64,000 bases of DNA from contig OZ243916.1 in NCBI GenBank assembly GCA_965213675.1, positions 992,001-1,056,000 on the forward strand, written 5' to 3'. The notes below the pieces were generated by a model. That model was not told where the DNA came from. It was given only the letters and a program-made list of their open reading frames with translations, and did no database searches. This stretch comes from an uncultured Candidatus Binatia bacterium (GTDB lineage Bacteria; Desulfobacterota; Binatia; UBA9968; JAJDTQ01). Numbering within the stretch: the first letter of the stretch is position 1; each line of letters begins with the position of its first letter. Of the stretch, positions 9,452 to 19,139 are shown one piece after another. A program made the translations under genes and the position numbers.

Positions 9452-10336
9452 TCACACCACCCGCCGTCGCAAGAACGCGCTCAGATAATCCACTCCCGTC
9501 ACCAGCACGTACAGGGCGATGAGCAGCGTCAGGAGCTGTTGCTCGAAGAACAGGCTCATGGCGATGTGGATGCGCTGGCCAAGGCCGCCGGCGCCGACGA
9601 AGCCCAACACCGCGGCGACGCGGATGTTCACTTCCCAGCGATACAGCGTGTACGAAGTGAACTGGGGCAGAACCTGCGGCAGGATGCCGTAGAACAGGAT
9701 CTGAATCTTGCCGGCGCCGGTGGACTGGAGGGACTCGACGGGCTGCAGGTCCACATCCTCCAGCACCTCGGCGAAGAGCTTGCCCAACACGCCGCCGGTA
9801 TGGACGCCGAGGGCCAACACCCCGGGGAACGGTCCCAGCCCCACGAGAAAGACGAACACCAGCGCCCAGAGCATCTCCGGGATGGTGCGCAGGAAGTTCA
9901 GGATCGCTTTGGCCGCGAGGTATGGAACGCGCCGCAACGCGTGAAAACCGCCCCGGGACTCCATTTCGTAGAGCAGGCCCGCGTACGCGAGATTGCGCGC
10001 GCCAAAGAAAGCCAGCGACAGCGCGATGATCGCCGACAGCACGGTGCCCGTGAGGGAGATGGCCAGGGTCTCCCAGGCGCCGTCCACGGCATCGGCCACC
10101 ACCTTGGGCGAGAAGTCCGGCGGAAAGAGGCGTGTCACGTATTCGGCGATGGCGCCGCCGCCGTCCGCGCTGAAAAGCATACCGAGGTCGATCTCCGACC
10201 CCTGGTAACTCCATGCGAAGAGAGCCGCCAGGAGGCCGAGCATCACGCAGGTGAAAGCGCGCGAGCGATCACGCCCGGCGGCCCGGAGCGCCCGCACCTC
10301 GTCCATCGTAGCCGCGGTCCGGTTCACCGGAGTCAC
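9452..10336 (-). CDS. phnE: PhnE/PtxC-family ABC transporter permease
   Basis: RTIPE, GLGPFPG, LYRWEVNIR, GFVGAGGLG. Confidence 0.88.
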   Translation of the reverse strand: MTPVNRTAATMDEVRALRAAGRDRSRAFTCVMLGLLAALFAWSYQGSEIDLGMLFSADGGGAIAEYVTRLFPPDFSPKVVADAVDGAWETLAISLTGTVLSAIIALSLAFFGARNLAYAGLLYEMESRGGFHALRRVPYLAAKAILNFLRTIPEMLWALVFVFLVGLGPFPGVLALGVHTGGVLGKLFAEVLEDVDLQPVESLQSTGAGKIQILFYGILPQVLPQFTSYTLYRWEVNIRVAAVLGFVGAGGLGQRIHIAMSLFFEQQLLTLLIALYVLVTGVDYLSAFLRRRVV

Positions 10337-11184
10337 AGCAGCGACCTCACCTTCGCACTCACGTAGTCCGCTCCCGCCACCAGCGCGAATAGAATCAGCA
10401 GCAGGGTCGTGACCTCATGAAAATTGAACATGCGGATGGAGATCTGGATCTGCTGGCCGATGCCGCCGGCGCCGACAAGTCCGAGGATGGCCGACGTGCG
10501 CACGGCGCACTCCCAACGATACAGGGTGTACGAGGTGATGTTGGGCAGCACTTGCGGGAACCAGCCGTAGAAGAACACCTGCAACCGACCGGCGCCGGTG
10601 GCCTGGATGGCCTCCAAGGGACGCTCGTTCACCGACTCGAATATCTCGGAGTACACCTTGCCGAGCATGCCGCCGTAGGCCACGCCGATGGCGAGCACGC
10701 CGGGAAACGGCCCCAGGCCCACGGCGCGCACGAACATGAAGGCCCAGACGAACTCCGGGATACAGCGGAACAGGCTCAGCAGCGCCCGCGCCAGGCCATA
10801 CAGCGCGACCTTGAGGCCGTGCCGCAGCCCGGCGTCGCGGAATCCGGTCTCGTGGAGGATGCCCTGGAAACTGAAAGTGCTGGTGGCCAGCAGCCCCAAG
10901 GGAAACCCGATGACCACGGCGATCACCGTTCCCATGACCGAGATCTGAACCGTCTCGATGGTCGGCCGGACCATCAACGCCAGAAATTCCCAGGAAAGCT
11001 CCGGCGGATACATGCCTGTGACGAACTGCCACAGGTGCTCTCGTCCCTCGGGCTCGAAGAAGATCCCCGGGTTGACCTCGGCCCGGCGCCAGCTATCGGC
11101 GAGAAGGACCAGGAACAACCCGCCGAAAACGTACGGGAAGAGGGATCGGGAACCCGGTGATCGGGACGTGAAGCTCGGGGGCAC
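10333..11184 (-). CDS. phnE: PhnE/PtxC-family ABC transporter permease
   Basis: RCIPE, GLGPFPG, LYRWECAVR, GLVGAGGIG. Confidence 0.88.
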   Translation of the reverse strand: MPPSFTSRSPGSRSLFPYVFGGLFLVLLADSWRRAEVNPGIFFEPEGREHLWQFVTGMYPPELSWEFLALMVRPTIETVQISVMGTVIAVVIGFPLGLLATSTFSFQGILHETGFRDAGLRHGLKVALYGLARALLSLFRCIPEFVWAFMFVRAVGLGPFPGVLAIGVAYGGMLGKVYSEIFESVNERPLEAIQATGAGRLQVFFYGWFPQVLPNITSYTLYRWECAVRTSAILGLVGAGGIGQQIQISIRMFNFHEVTTLLLILFALVAGADYVSAKVRSLL

Positions 11185-11185
11185 C

Positions 11186-11250
11186 AGGAGCCTGTCGGGT
11201 TGATCGACTCGTAGCGAGAGTCAGAGAAGGGCCGGTTTCAACAGGCTCCT
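11186..11250. repeat. 65-bp mini element with 10-bp terminal inverted repeats
   Basis: AGGAGCCTGT...ACAGGCTCCT, ending in the CTAG that forms the phnC stop; fills the whole phnC-phnE gap. Confidence 0.5.
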
Positions 11251-12064
11251 AGACCGCGACCCGGCCTTGCGGCTCCAGCTGGGGCGTCCGGGCGGCGCCT
11301 ATCCTGGCGGGAGCGTGGCCGGAATAAAGTTCCTGCAACAGCTCCGGTGTCACTTGGGCGGCGGCTGTGTCGAAAAGCTTCACACCCTGTTTCATGCCCA
11401 CAACCCTGGGGAAGAAGGACAGCGCCAGATCGGTGCTGTGCAGGTTGACCATCAGAGTCTTGCGGGTGTCATCGCTGATGGTGATGAGCAGCTTGATGAT
11501 GGTCTCGGCCAGGGACGGGTCCACCGACGAAACAGGTTCGTCCGCCAGGATCACTTCCGGATCCTGCATCAGCACCCGGGCGATTGCCACGCGCTGCTGC
11601 TGCCCGCCGGACAACTCGTCGGTGCGGCTGAAGAGCTTCTCCGCGATGCCCACGGCGGCGAGCGCCCGGTGCGCGGCCTCCAGGTGAGCGGGCCGCGCCA
11701 GGGACGCCAGGGAACCTGGCAACGACCAGCGCCCCAGCCGCCCGGAGAGCACGTTGTGGACCACGCGCAGGCGCGGCACCAGATTGTGCTGCTGGTAGAT
11801 GGTACCGATGCGGCAGCGCATTTGCCGCAGACGCCGGCCGTACAGGTCGCACACTTCTTCACCGTCGATGCGCAAGCGGCCCGAGGTGGGACGAATGGTG
11901 CAGTTGAGCATGCGGAAGAGCGTGGTCTTCCCGGCTCCGCTGGGCCCGATGAGCGCAACGCGCTCGCCCCGGGCGACCTCGAGGTCGAATCCTTCCAGCG
12001 CCACCTGTTGGCGTCCGAACACCTTGCGGACGCCCTCCAGGTGGTATTGTGGCGGCGCGATCAA
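11249..12064 (-). CDS. phnC: PhnC-family ABC transporter ATP-binding protein
   Basis: GPSGAGKTT, LSGGQQQRVAIAR, ILADEP, NLH; TTG start overlapping the phnD stop is assumed. Confidence 0.88.
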   Translation of the reverse strand: MIAPPQYHLEGVRKVFGRQQVALEGFDLEVARGERVALIGPSGAGKTTLFRMLNCTIRPTSGRLRIDGEEVCDLYGRRLRQMRCRIGTIYQQHNLVPRLRVVHNVLSGRLGRWSLPGSLASLARPAHLEAAHRALAAVGIAEKLFSRTDELSGGQQQRVAIARVLMQDPEVILADEPVSSVDPSLAETIIKLLITISDDTRKTLMVNLHSTDLALSFFPRVVGMKQGVKLFDTAAAQVTPELLQELYSGHAPARIGAARTPQLEPQGRVAV

Positions 12065-12924
12065 TTGATCTTGAGCATGCCGGCCGCGATGGCCGCCTTC
12101 CTGATGCCGTCCCAATCCGAGTCCTTGGCGGGAATGAACTTGCGCGTGCGCTGCAGGTCCATGATTTCCTTGTGTGCGGGCTTGGCGTAGTCGAGCTTCA
12201 GGAGCGCCTGCTTGAACTTCTCACGCGTCTCCTCGGAAACGCCTCCACGGGCAACCCACACATAGTCCACGTAGGGCGGCGTGGTCCAGAAGACATGAAC
12301 CTTGCCGGTGTCGATCTTCTTGTTGTCCACCAGCTTCTTCCAAACCAGGAAGTTGAGAGCGCCAGCGTCCACCCGGCCCGCCGCTACCCACGCCGCGGTG
12401 GCGTCGTGGGCCCCGCTGAAGCCGAACTTCTGGAAGTCCCGATCGGGCTCCACGCCAGCGGCCTTGAGAAAGTGACGCGGCATCAGGTGTCCGGAGGTGG
12501 AACTGACGCTGCCGAAGGCAAAGGTCTTGCCCTTGAGGTCGCCCAGGTTCCGGATGCCTGAATCCGTGCGCGTGACGAAAACGCTCTTGAAGCTCGCGTC
12601 CTCCTCGCGCATGGCCAGCCGCGTGGCGCCCTTGGCGCGCTCCACCGCCTGAACCGATGTGAAGCCTCCGTACCAGACCATGTCGAGGCGGTTCGCGGCC
12701 AGCCCTTCCACGGTGGCCGCGTAATCCACCACGGGCACGAACTTGACCGGGCGCCCCACTTCCTTTGCGATGTAGTCGGTGAAGGGCTTGTACTTGCGCA
12801 ACAATTCCTGCGGGTCCTCGTCCGGGATCGCGGAAAGGCGCAACGTGTCCGCCGCCGCGACGCCCGTCACAAGGGACGAAGCGAACAGAATCAGGAACAG
12901 CCACCGGGCCGGTTGTCGTTTCAT
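12061..12924 (-). CDS. phnD: PhnD-like substrate-binding protein (resembles the 'putative selenate ABC transporter' subfamily)
   Basis: Signal peptide; SAIPDE, DYAATVE, WYGGFT, SSTSGHLMP, SGAHD, TPPYVDY. Confidence 0.82.
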   Translation of the reverse strand: MKRQPARWLFLILFASSLVTGVAAADTLRLSAIPDEDPQELLRKYKPFTDYIAKEVGRPVKFVPVVDYAATVEGLAANRLDMVWYGGFTSVQAVERAKGATRLAMREEDASFKSVFVTRTDSGIRNLGDLKGKTFAFGSVSSTSGHLMPRHFLKAAGVEPDRDFQKFGFSGAHDATAAWVAAGRVDAGALNFLVWKKLVDNKKIDTGKVHVFWTTPPYVDYVWVARGGVSEETREKFKQALLKLDYAKPAHKEIMDLQRTRKFIPAKDSDWDGIRKAAIAAGMLKIN

Positions 12925-13102
12925 CGATGCCTCCGGATAATGGAATTCCACCAAATGGATAACATCGGAAGCTATATGTCAAATGGACCTTGCCATCCGG
13001 CAGGTCCTGCCATGGATGCGCGCGCGGCGCCCGGCCCGGAAACCGGGAGAACGCGCGCGATGAACGGCTGTTTGGATCCGTTGCCATGAGCCGCCAACCC
13101 GG

Positions 13103-13267
13103 CTAGTGTGGTGTCTGGTTAATTCGGGTCATAATCTGCGGAGGATTTTTTGTTGTCGGCAAGGCGCGATGACGAGCAGTGGCGGGTACCACGCGAGGAA
13201 GAGCAACGCAGCCGACGGCGAATAAGACCCGCAGATTATGTCGCGTATTATCCAGACACCACACTAG
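13103..13267. mobile_element. MITE copy 3 (165 bp, CTAG flanks), subfamily A
   Basis: CTAG-TGTGGTGTCTGG...CCAGACACCACA-CTAG; lies between the divergent phnD and ygfZ genes. Confidence 0.85.
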
Positions 13268-13366
13268 TGTGGAGTTTGGGAACTGCGTGGACCCGGTTGC
13301 GCAGGACTTTTCGTCGCGAGCCAGGCGCGCTGACGCGCATGCATGGGAACGCGGGTTGTCGCAAGC

Positions 13367-14449
13367 ATGAAGCACTCCGCCCTTCACGACTTTCACCACG
13401 CCAACGGCGCCGCCTTCATTGAGCGCGCCGGGTGGTCGCTGGCGGATCACTTCGGCGACACCGCCGCGGAGTACGACGCCGTGCGCGCCCGCGCGGGCTG
13501 GCTCGACACGGCGGATCGCGCCGTCCTGGAGGTGAATGGACCCGACAGCGCGACGTGGCTCCAGGGGATGCTGTCCAACGACGTTCAGGGCCTGGACGCC
13601 GGCGGGGGCGTGCTCGCGGCGGTGTTGAATATCCAGGGCAGGATCCTGGCGGACGTTTGCGTACTGCGCACGGAGGACGCATTCCTGGTGTTGCTGGACG
13701 AACCCTTGGCGGCGGGGGTGGTCGAGCACCTGAACCGCTACCTGATTGCCGACGAAGTCGAAATCGCCGACCTGTCCGCGGAAATCTCCGTGGTGTCCCT
13801 TCAGGGGCCGGAGGCCGCCGCCGCCCTGGCGAGCGTTTCGGACCTCGACGCCCCGCCGGCGGAGCGGCTGTCCCACGCGGAGGCGCAGTGCGCGGGCGAA
13901 AATCTTCGTGTCATTCGCGCTTCGCATGGCGAGTGCGGGTTCGATCTCGTCTTGCCCGGGAGGCATCTCCGGCGCCTGGCCGAGTTGCCCGCGTCCCGCG
14001 CGATTCCGTGGATCGGCATTCGCGCCCAGGAGACCCTGCGCGTCGAGGCCGGCGTTCCCCGTTACGGCATCGACATGGACGCGGAGACGCTGCTGCTGGA
14101 GACCTCTCTGGACGACTCCGTGAGCTTCACCAAGGGTTGCTATCTCGGGCAGGAGACCGTGGAGCGCATCCACTCCCGCGGCCACGTGAACCGCAGACTC
14201 ACGGGCTTCAAGCTGGAAGGCGCCGAGGCCCCCGACGCCGGCGCCCCGGTCCTCGACGGCGACCGCGCCGTCGGCCGGATCACCAGCGCCGTCGTTTCCC
14301 CCCGCTTCGGCCGCCCCATTGCCCTGGGCTACGTACATCGGGACTACCTGGAGCCGGGAACCCCGGTGGTCATCGCGCACGGCGGACAGACCATCCAGGC
14401 CGCGGTGCAGGCCCTGCCCTTCCAAACCGCCGTCCCGCGCTCCGCGTGA
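13367..14449 (+). CDS. ygfZ: YgfZ/GcvT-family folate-binding protein
   Basis: KGCYLGQE signature; LRVEAG; GcvT C-terminal barrel. Confidence 0.88.
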   Translation: MKHSALHDFHHANGAAFIERAGWSLADHFGDTAAEYDAVRARAGWLDTADRAVLEVNGPDSATWLQGMLSNDVQGLDAGGGVLAAVLNIQGRILADVCVLRTEDAFLVLLDEPLAAGVVEHLNRYLIADEVEIADLSAEISVVSLQGPEAAAALASVSDLDAPPAERLSHAEAQCAGENLRVIRASHGECGFDLVLPGRHLRRLAELPASRAIPWIGIRAQETLRVEAGVPRYGIDMDAETLLLETSLDDSVSFTKGCYLGQETVERIHSRGHVNRRLTGFKLEGAEAPDAGAPVLDGDRAVGRITSAVVSPRFGRPIALGYVHRDYLEPGTPVVIAHGGQTIQAAVQALPFQTAVPRSA

Positions 14450-14569
14450 GGCGTGGGTCGGCGGAGAAGAGGTCCACGTCCCCCAAGGCACACCGGCGGC
14501 GGGGCACTGTCCCGGCTGGCCCCGAACTGGAGTTCATCCGCCTCTTGGAGCCCCGCGTGCGGCACAAGA

Positions 14570-14597
14570 AAAGGGCGACGCCCATGCGCCGCCCTTT
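14570..14597 (-). terminator. Probable intrinsic terminator of the peroxiredoxin gene
   Basis: Hairpin AAAGGGCGACGC-CCAT-GCGCCGCCCTTT with a U-tract on the minus strand; lies between convergent genes. Confidence 0.6.
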
Positions 14598-14630
14598 CGT
14601 CGTGCCAAGTCCTGCCGCGAAGGCCGCCGG

Positions 14631-15089
14631 CTACAGCTTGTCGAGCTCGGCCAACAGGTCCTTGTTCTCGGGAATGCCGCTTTCGTAGAGCTTGGCGTAA
14701 CGCACCGCTCCCGCTTTGTCGATGATGAAAACCGCCCGCTTGGGAAAACCCTGGGGGCGCAGGCAGTCGTACTGTTCGCACACCGCCCCATGGGGCCAGA
14801 AATCGGAGAGCATCGGGAAGCTGATGCCGCCCATCTTCTCCGCAAACGCCTTGTGGGCGAAAACCGAATCCACGCTTACGCTCAGCACCTGAGCGTCTTT
14901 GGCCTCGAAGCTGCCCTTGTCAGCCTCGAAGTTGCTCAACTCCTGCTGTCAACCGCCGGTAAAATCCAGCGGATAGAACGCCAGCACGACGTTCTTCTTG
15001 CCCGCGTAGTCGCTCAGGGACACCTTTTCGTCCCGGGACATCGGCAGGCTGAAGGCGGGCGCCTTCTCTCCCACGCTTGGCATTGCCAT
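14631..15089 (-). CDS. Selenocysteine-containing peroxiredoxin (AhpE/BCP-like), 152 aa, U at codon 47
   Basis: AAGGAG RBS; [15 protein letters not shown]...[23 protein letters not shown]...LSDFWP...[11 protein letters not shown] (14949-14951) sits exactly at the PxxxTxxC peroxidatic position. Confidence 0.88.
14905..14929 (-). promoter_or_regulatory. Candidate bacterial SECIS element
   Basis: mRNA hairpin UCGAGGCUG-ACAAGGG-CAGCUUCGA starting 19 nt after the in-frame UGA. Confidence 0.6.
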
Positions 15090-15127
15090 CTAACGGTCTC
15101 CTTTCCGAGTATGTGTTGACACGCGGC

Positions 15128-15688
15128 TTAACACATTTGCCCCGGCCAATAAAGGCGGCCGAAATCCTTGAGGGCTTCGGCGGTGCTGTGGAAGGCGAGA
15201 TCGTCCCAGGGAATGCGCGAGGCCGGGAAGACGCCGGCTTCGGTGCTCTCGTCCCCGGCGGTCAGGGCGCCGCCAACGACGTCCGCCACGTACACGATGA
15301 TGACGTTGGGATTTCCGGGATAGGAGTAGACGCCCAGGAGCGAACGGGTCACCACCTCGAGGCAGCTTTCCTCCAGGGTTTCGCGCACCGCGGCGTCCGC
15401 GGTGCTTTCGCCGCGGTCGACATACCCCCCGGGGAACACCCACTTGCCTATGGCCGGCTCGATGCCGCGGCGCAACAGCACGACACCGCCGTCGAGTACG
15501 CACACGGTCCCCGCCACGACCTTGGGATCCTGATAGAAGATAAAGGAGCACTTGTCGCACACCAGCCGCTGAGGCTCGTTCTCCTTGAGCGCGCGCGCCG
15601 ACAAGGTTCCGGCGCAACGCGGGCAAAAGCGGTAGCCGCGGCCTCCGTGGTGATGATGGTGGGGGTCATGATGGTGATGCGTCGCCAT
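15128..15688 (-). CDS. NUDIX hydrolase with zinc ribbon and His-rich N-terminus
   Basis: CPRC...CDKC ribbon; Nudix box PGGYVDRGESTADAAVRETLEE. Confidence 0.88.
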   Translation of the reverse strand: MATHHHHDPHHHHHGGRGYRFCPRCAGTLSARALKENEPQRLVCDKCSFIFYQDPKVVAGTVCVLDGGVVLLRRGIEPAIGKWVFPGGYVDRGESTADAAVRETLEESCLEVVTRSLLGVYSYPGNPNVIIVYVADVVGGALTAGDESTEAGVFPASRIPWDDLAFHSTAEALKDFGRLYWPGQMC

Positions 15689-15798
15689 GATCTTCAATCC
15701 CGGGTGACGTTGGCTGGAAGGTCCCGCGAATTCCTGCGGCGCAAGCTCCTGGGGATCGACGGAAACCGTCCCATACATTCCTCCACAAGCTCTTCCCT

Positions 15799-15840
15799 CG
15801 TCCTGAGCCCTTCCACAGGGCGTCGCGAAGTCGCAGGACG
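15799..15840. repeat. Degenerate REP-like palindrome
   Basis: CGTCCTG...CAGGACG ends; shares GCGAAGTCG with 43109-43164. Confidence 0.4.
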
Positions 15841-15844
15841 CGCC

Positions 15845-16612
<768 letters not shown>

Positions 16613-16616
16613 GCGC

Positions 16617-17309
16617 TCACTCCGGCTTGGGTTCGTCGTCGCCGCCGAACCCGGCGCGGCCAACGGGCGCCTCGGAGGGAGCGAGGGCCGGCGCCAATGT
16701 GGCCGTGGCGGCTTCAGCGCTCAAGCCGGCCGCCGCCGTATCCCCCTCCGGGCGATCTTCGGGGGACTCGTCGCCGTTCAGCGCCTGGGTCATGTCCTCC
16801 ATCTCCCGCAGCGTGGGAAGGCTCGCCAGATCCTTCAGATTGAAGGCTTCCAGGAACTCCCGGGTGGTGCCGTACAGAAACGGCTTGCCCGCCACGTCCT
16901 TGCGCGCCACGATGCGGATCATGCGGCGATCCAGCAGCGTGGCCACGACGCCGCCGGCGTTGACGCCGCGGATATCTTCGATCTCCGCGCGGGTCACCGG
17001 CTGCTTGTAGGCAATGATGGCCAGGGTCTCGAGGTTGGCCCGGCTCATGCGCGCCGGCCGGACCGCGGTGAGCCGGCGGACAAACTCGGCGTGCTCTTTG
17101 GCCGTACGCAACTGGTAGCCGTTGGCGACCTCCGTCAGGCGCAGACCCCGGCCCGCGCACTCGTACTCGTGGCGCAACGCCTCCAGCGCGCCGGCGATGT
17201 CCTTGCGCGAAACCTCGCCCACCGCATCCCGCAGCCGCTCCGCCGAAACCGGCCCGTCGGCGGCGAACAGCAGGCTCTCGAGAACCGCCCGAAGTTCCTC
17301 ACCCTCCAT
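16617..17309 (-). CDS. scpB: SMC-Scp complex subunit ScpB
   Basis: LETLAIIAYKQPVTRAEIEDIRGV; YGTTREFL. Confidence 0.96.
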   Translation of the reverse strand: MEGEELRAVLESLLFAADGPVSAERLRDAVGEVSRKDIAGALEALRHEYECAGRGLRLTEVANGYQLRTAKEHAEFVRRLTAVRPARMSRANLETLAIIAYKQPVTRAEIEDIRGVNAGGVVATLLDRRMIRIVARKDVAGKPFLYGTTREFLEAFNLKDLASLPTLREMEDMTQALNGDESPEDRPEGDTAAAGLSAEAATATLAPALAPSEAPVGRAGFGGDDEPKPE

Positions 17310-17326
17310 GCGCGTGTCCTGTCCGG

Positions 17327-18085
17327 TTAGTCCCCATAAACCACCTCCGTCTCCAGGGCGGCGCTGGCCTCGGCCAGCGACAGCATGGGCTCCATCAGGA
17401 TGGGACCCAGGCGCTCCTTCTGCACCGCGTGCACGGCGCGGATGCGGATGAGTTCCAGCAGCGCCAGAAAGGTGGCCACCACATCCAGGCGCGAGCGCGC
17501 CGCGTCGAACAACTCGCGGAATTCCACCGACGACCTGCGCTGCAGGGTATCGAGGATGTGGGTCATGCGTTCACGCACGGACGCGGTTTCCTGCACCACC
17601 CGGTGCACCGACGGTCCCGGAAACCGTTCCAGCACCTGTTGCAGCGCCGACACCAGATCGAACACCGAAAGCTGCTCGAAGCTGACCTCGGTGACCGGTG
17701 CGGACCGTGCCTGGCGGACGAAGACGTCGCGGTTGAGAACGTCACGCTCTGCGAGCTCCCGTGCCGCGTCCTTGAAGCGCTCGTACTCCAGCAGGCGGCG
17801 GACCAGCGCCTCGCGACTGTCAAGGGGCTCGTCGCCGTCCTCACCCTCCTCCTCTTCCGGCGGCAGCAGGGTCCTGGACTTGATGTGGAGGAGCGTCGCC
17901 GCCATCACCAGGTACTCGCCGGAGAGATCCAGGTTGAGCCCCTGCATCAACTCCAGGGCGGCGAGGTACTGCTCGGTAATGGACGCGATGGGAATATCGA
18001 CGATGCTGAGCTCGTTCTTGCGGATGAGATGGAGCAGCAGGTCCAACGGGCCCTCGTAAATCTTGAGTTGGACGTTTACCGCCAT
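17327..18085 (-). CDS. scpA: Segregation/condensation protein ScpA
   Basis: YEGPLDLLLHLI, IKSRTLLP, FLALLEL. Confidence 0.95.
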   Translation of the reverse strand: MAVNVQLKIYEGPLDLLLHLIRKNELSIVDIPIASITEQYLAALELMQGLNLDLSGEYLVMAATLLHIKSRTLLPPEEEEGEDGDEPLDSREALVRRLLEYERFKDAARELAERDVLNRDVFVRQARSAPVTEVSFEQLSVFDLVSALQQVLERFPGPSVHRVVQETASVRERMTHILDTLQRRSSVEFRELFDAARSRLDVVATFLALLELIRIRAVHAVQKERLGPILMEPMLSLAEASAALETEVVYGD

Positions 18086-18151
18086 GGGACCCTCTCCCTG
18101 TCCGCCGCGCGCGTGCCGCGATGGGTCTGCAAGCCGCACCCGCGCGCACGA

Positions 18152-19129
18152 TCAGAGCGTCAATGCCGAGCGCACTTCGTTCATGGTCGCCACGGCCTGC
18201 TCGCCGGCCACGCAGTTGCCTTCCTCGATCACGTCGCGGATGTCGTCCGGATGTTTCTCGTACTCGGCCTTCTTCTCCCGGAAAGGTGCGAGGTCGTCGA
18301 CCACGTGCCGGATCATCACCTTCTTGCAGTCCAGACAGCCGATGCCGGCCGTGCGGCAACCCTCGGAGACCTCCTGGATCTCGTCCGGCGTGCAGTAGAT
18401 CTTGTGCAGATTGAAGGCCGGGCACTTCTCGGGCTCACCCGGGTCGGTGCGGCGGGCGCGCGCCGTGTCGGTCACCATGCGGCTGAGCTTGCGGTCGATG
18501 GTCTCCGGCGGGTCCGAAAGCAGCACCGAGTTGCCGTAGCTCTTGCTCATCTTGCGCCCGTCGAGGCCCGGCAACCGCTGGGTTTCGGTGAGCAGCACCT
18601 CGGGCTCGGGAAACACGGGACCGTAGAAGCTGTTGAAGCGGCGCACGATTTCCCGCGTCAACTCCACGTGGGGCGCCTGATCCACGCCCACGGGCACCCG
18701 GTGGGCCTTGTACATGATGATGTCCGCGGCCTGAAGCACGGGATAGCCGAGGAAGCCGTAGGTGGAGAGGTCGCGGTCGCTCAGCTCGCGCACCTGTTCC
18801 TTGTAGGTCGGGTTGCGCTCGAGCCACGACACCGGCGTCAGCATGGACAGGAGCAGGTGCAGTTCGGCGTGCTCCTTGATGTCCGACTGGCGGAAAATGG
18901 TGCACCGGGCAGGATCGAGGCCGACGCTCAACCACTCCGCAACCATCGCCCGAGTGCCTTCCCGGAGACCCTCCGGTGACTGGTAGTCGGTGGTCAGCGC
19001 GTGCCAGTCGGCCACGAAGAAGAAACAGCGAAAGCCGTCCTGCAGTCCGACCCAGTTGCGCAGGGCGCCGTGGAGATGACCCAGATGAAGCAATCCGGTG
19101 GGGCGCGCCCCGCTTACGATGGTTTGCAT
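18152..19129 (-). CDS. trpS: Tryptophan--tRNA ligase
   Basis: PTGLLHLGH, YPVLQAADI, VPVGVDQ, KMSKS. Confidence 0.97.
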   Translation of the reverse strand: MQTIVSGARPTGLLHLGHLHGALRNWVGLQDGFRCFFFVADWHALTTDYQSPEGLREGTRAMVAEWLSVGLDPARCTIFRQSDIKEHAELHLLLSMLTPVSWLERNPTYKEQVRELSDRDLSTYGFLGYPVLQAADIIMYKAHRVPVGVDQAPHVELTREIVRRFNSFYGPVFPEPEVLLTETQRLPGLDGRKMSKSYGNSVLLSDPPETIDRKLSRMVTDTARARRTDPGEPEKCPAFNLHKIYCTPDEIQEVSEGCRTAGIGCLDCKKVMIRHVVDDLAPFREKKAEYEKHPDDIRDVIEEGNCVAGEQAVATMNEVRSALTL

Positions 19130-19139
19130 GCGCTCCAGC

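Noticed and set aside
14631-14939. Peroxiredoxin pseudogene or short 102-aa protein
   Set aside because: The UGA falls exactly on the catalytic Cys position, both halves are intact and a SECIS-like hairpin follows; Sec readthrough fits better
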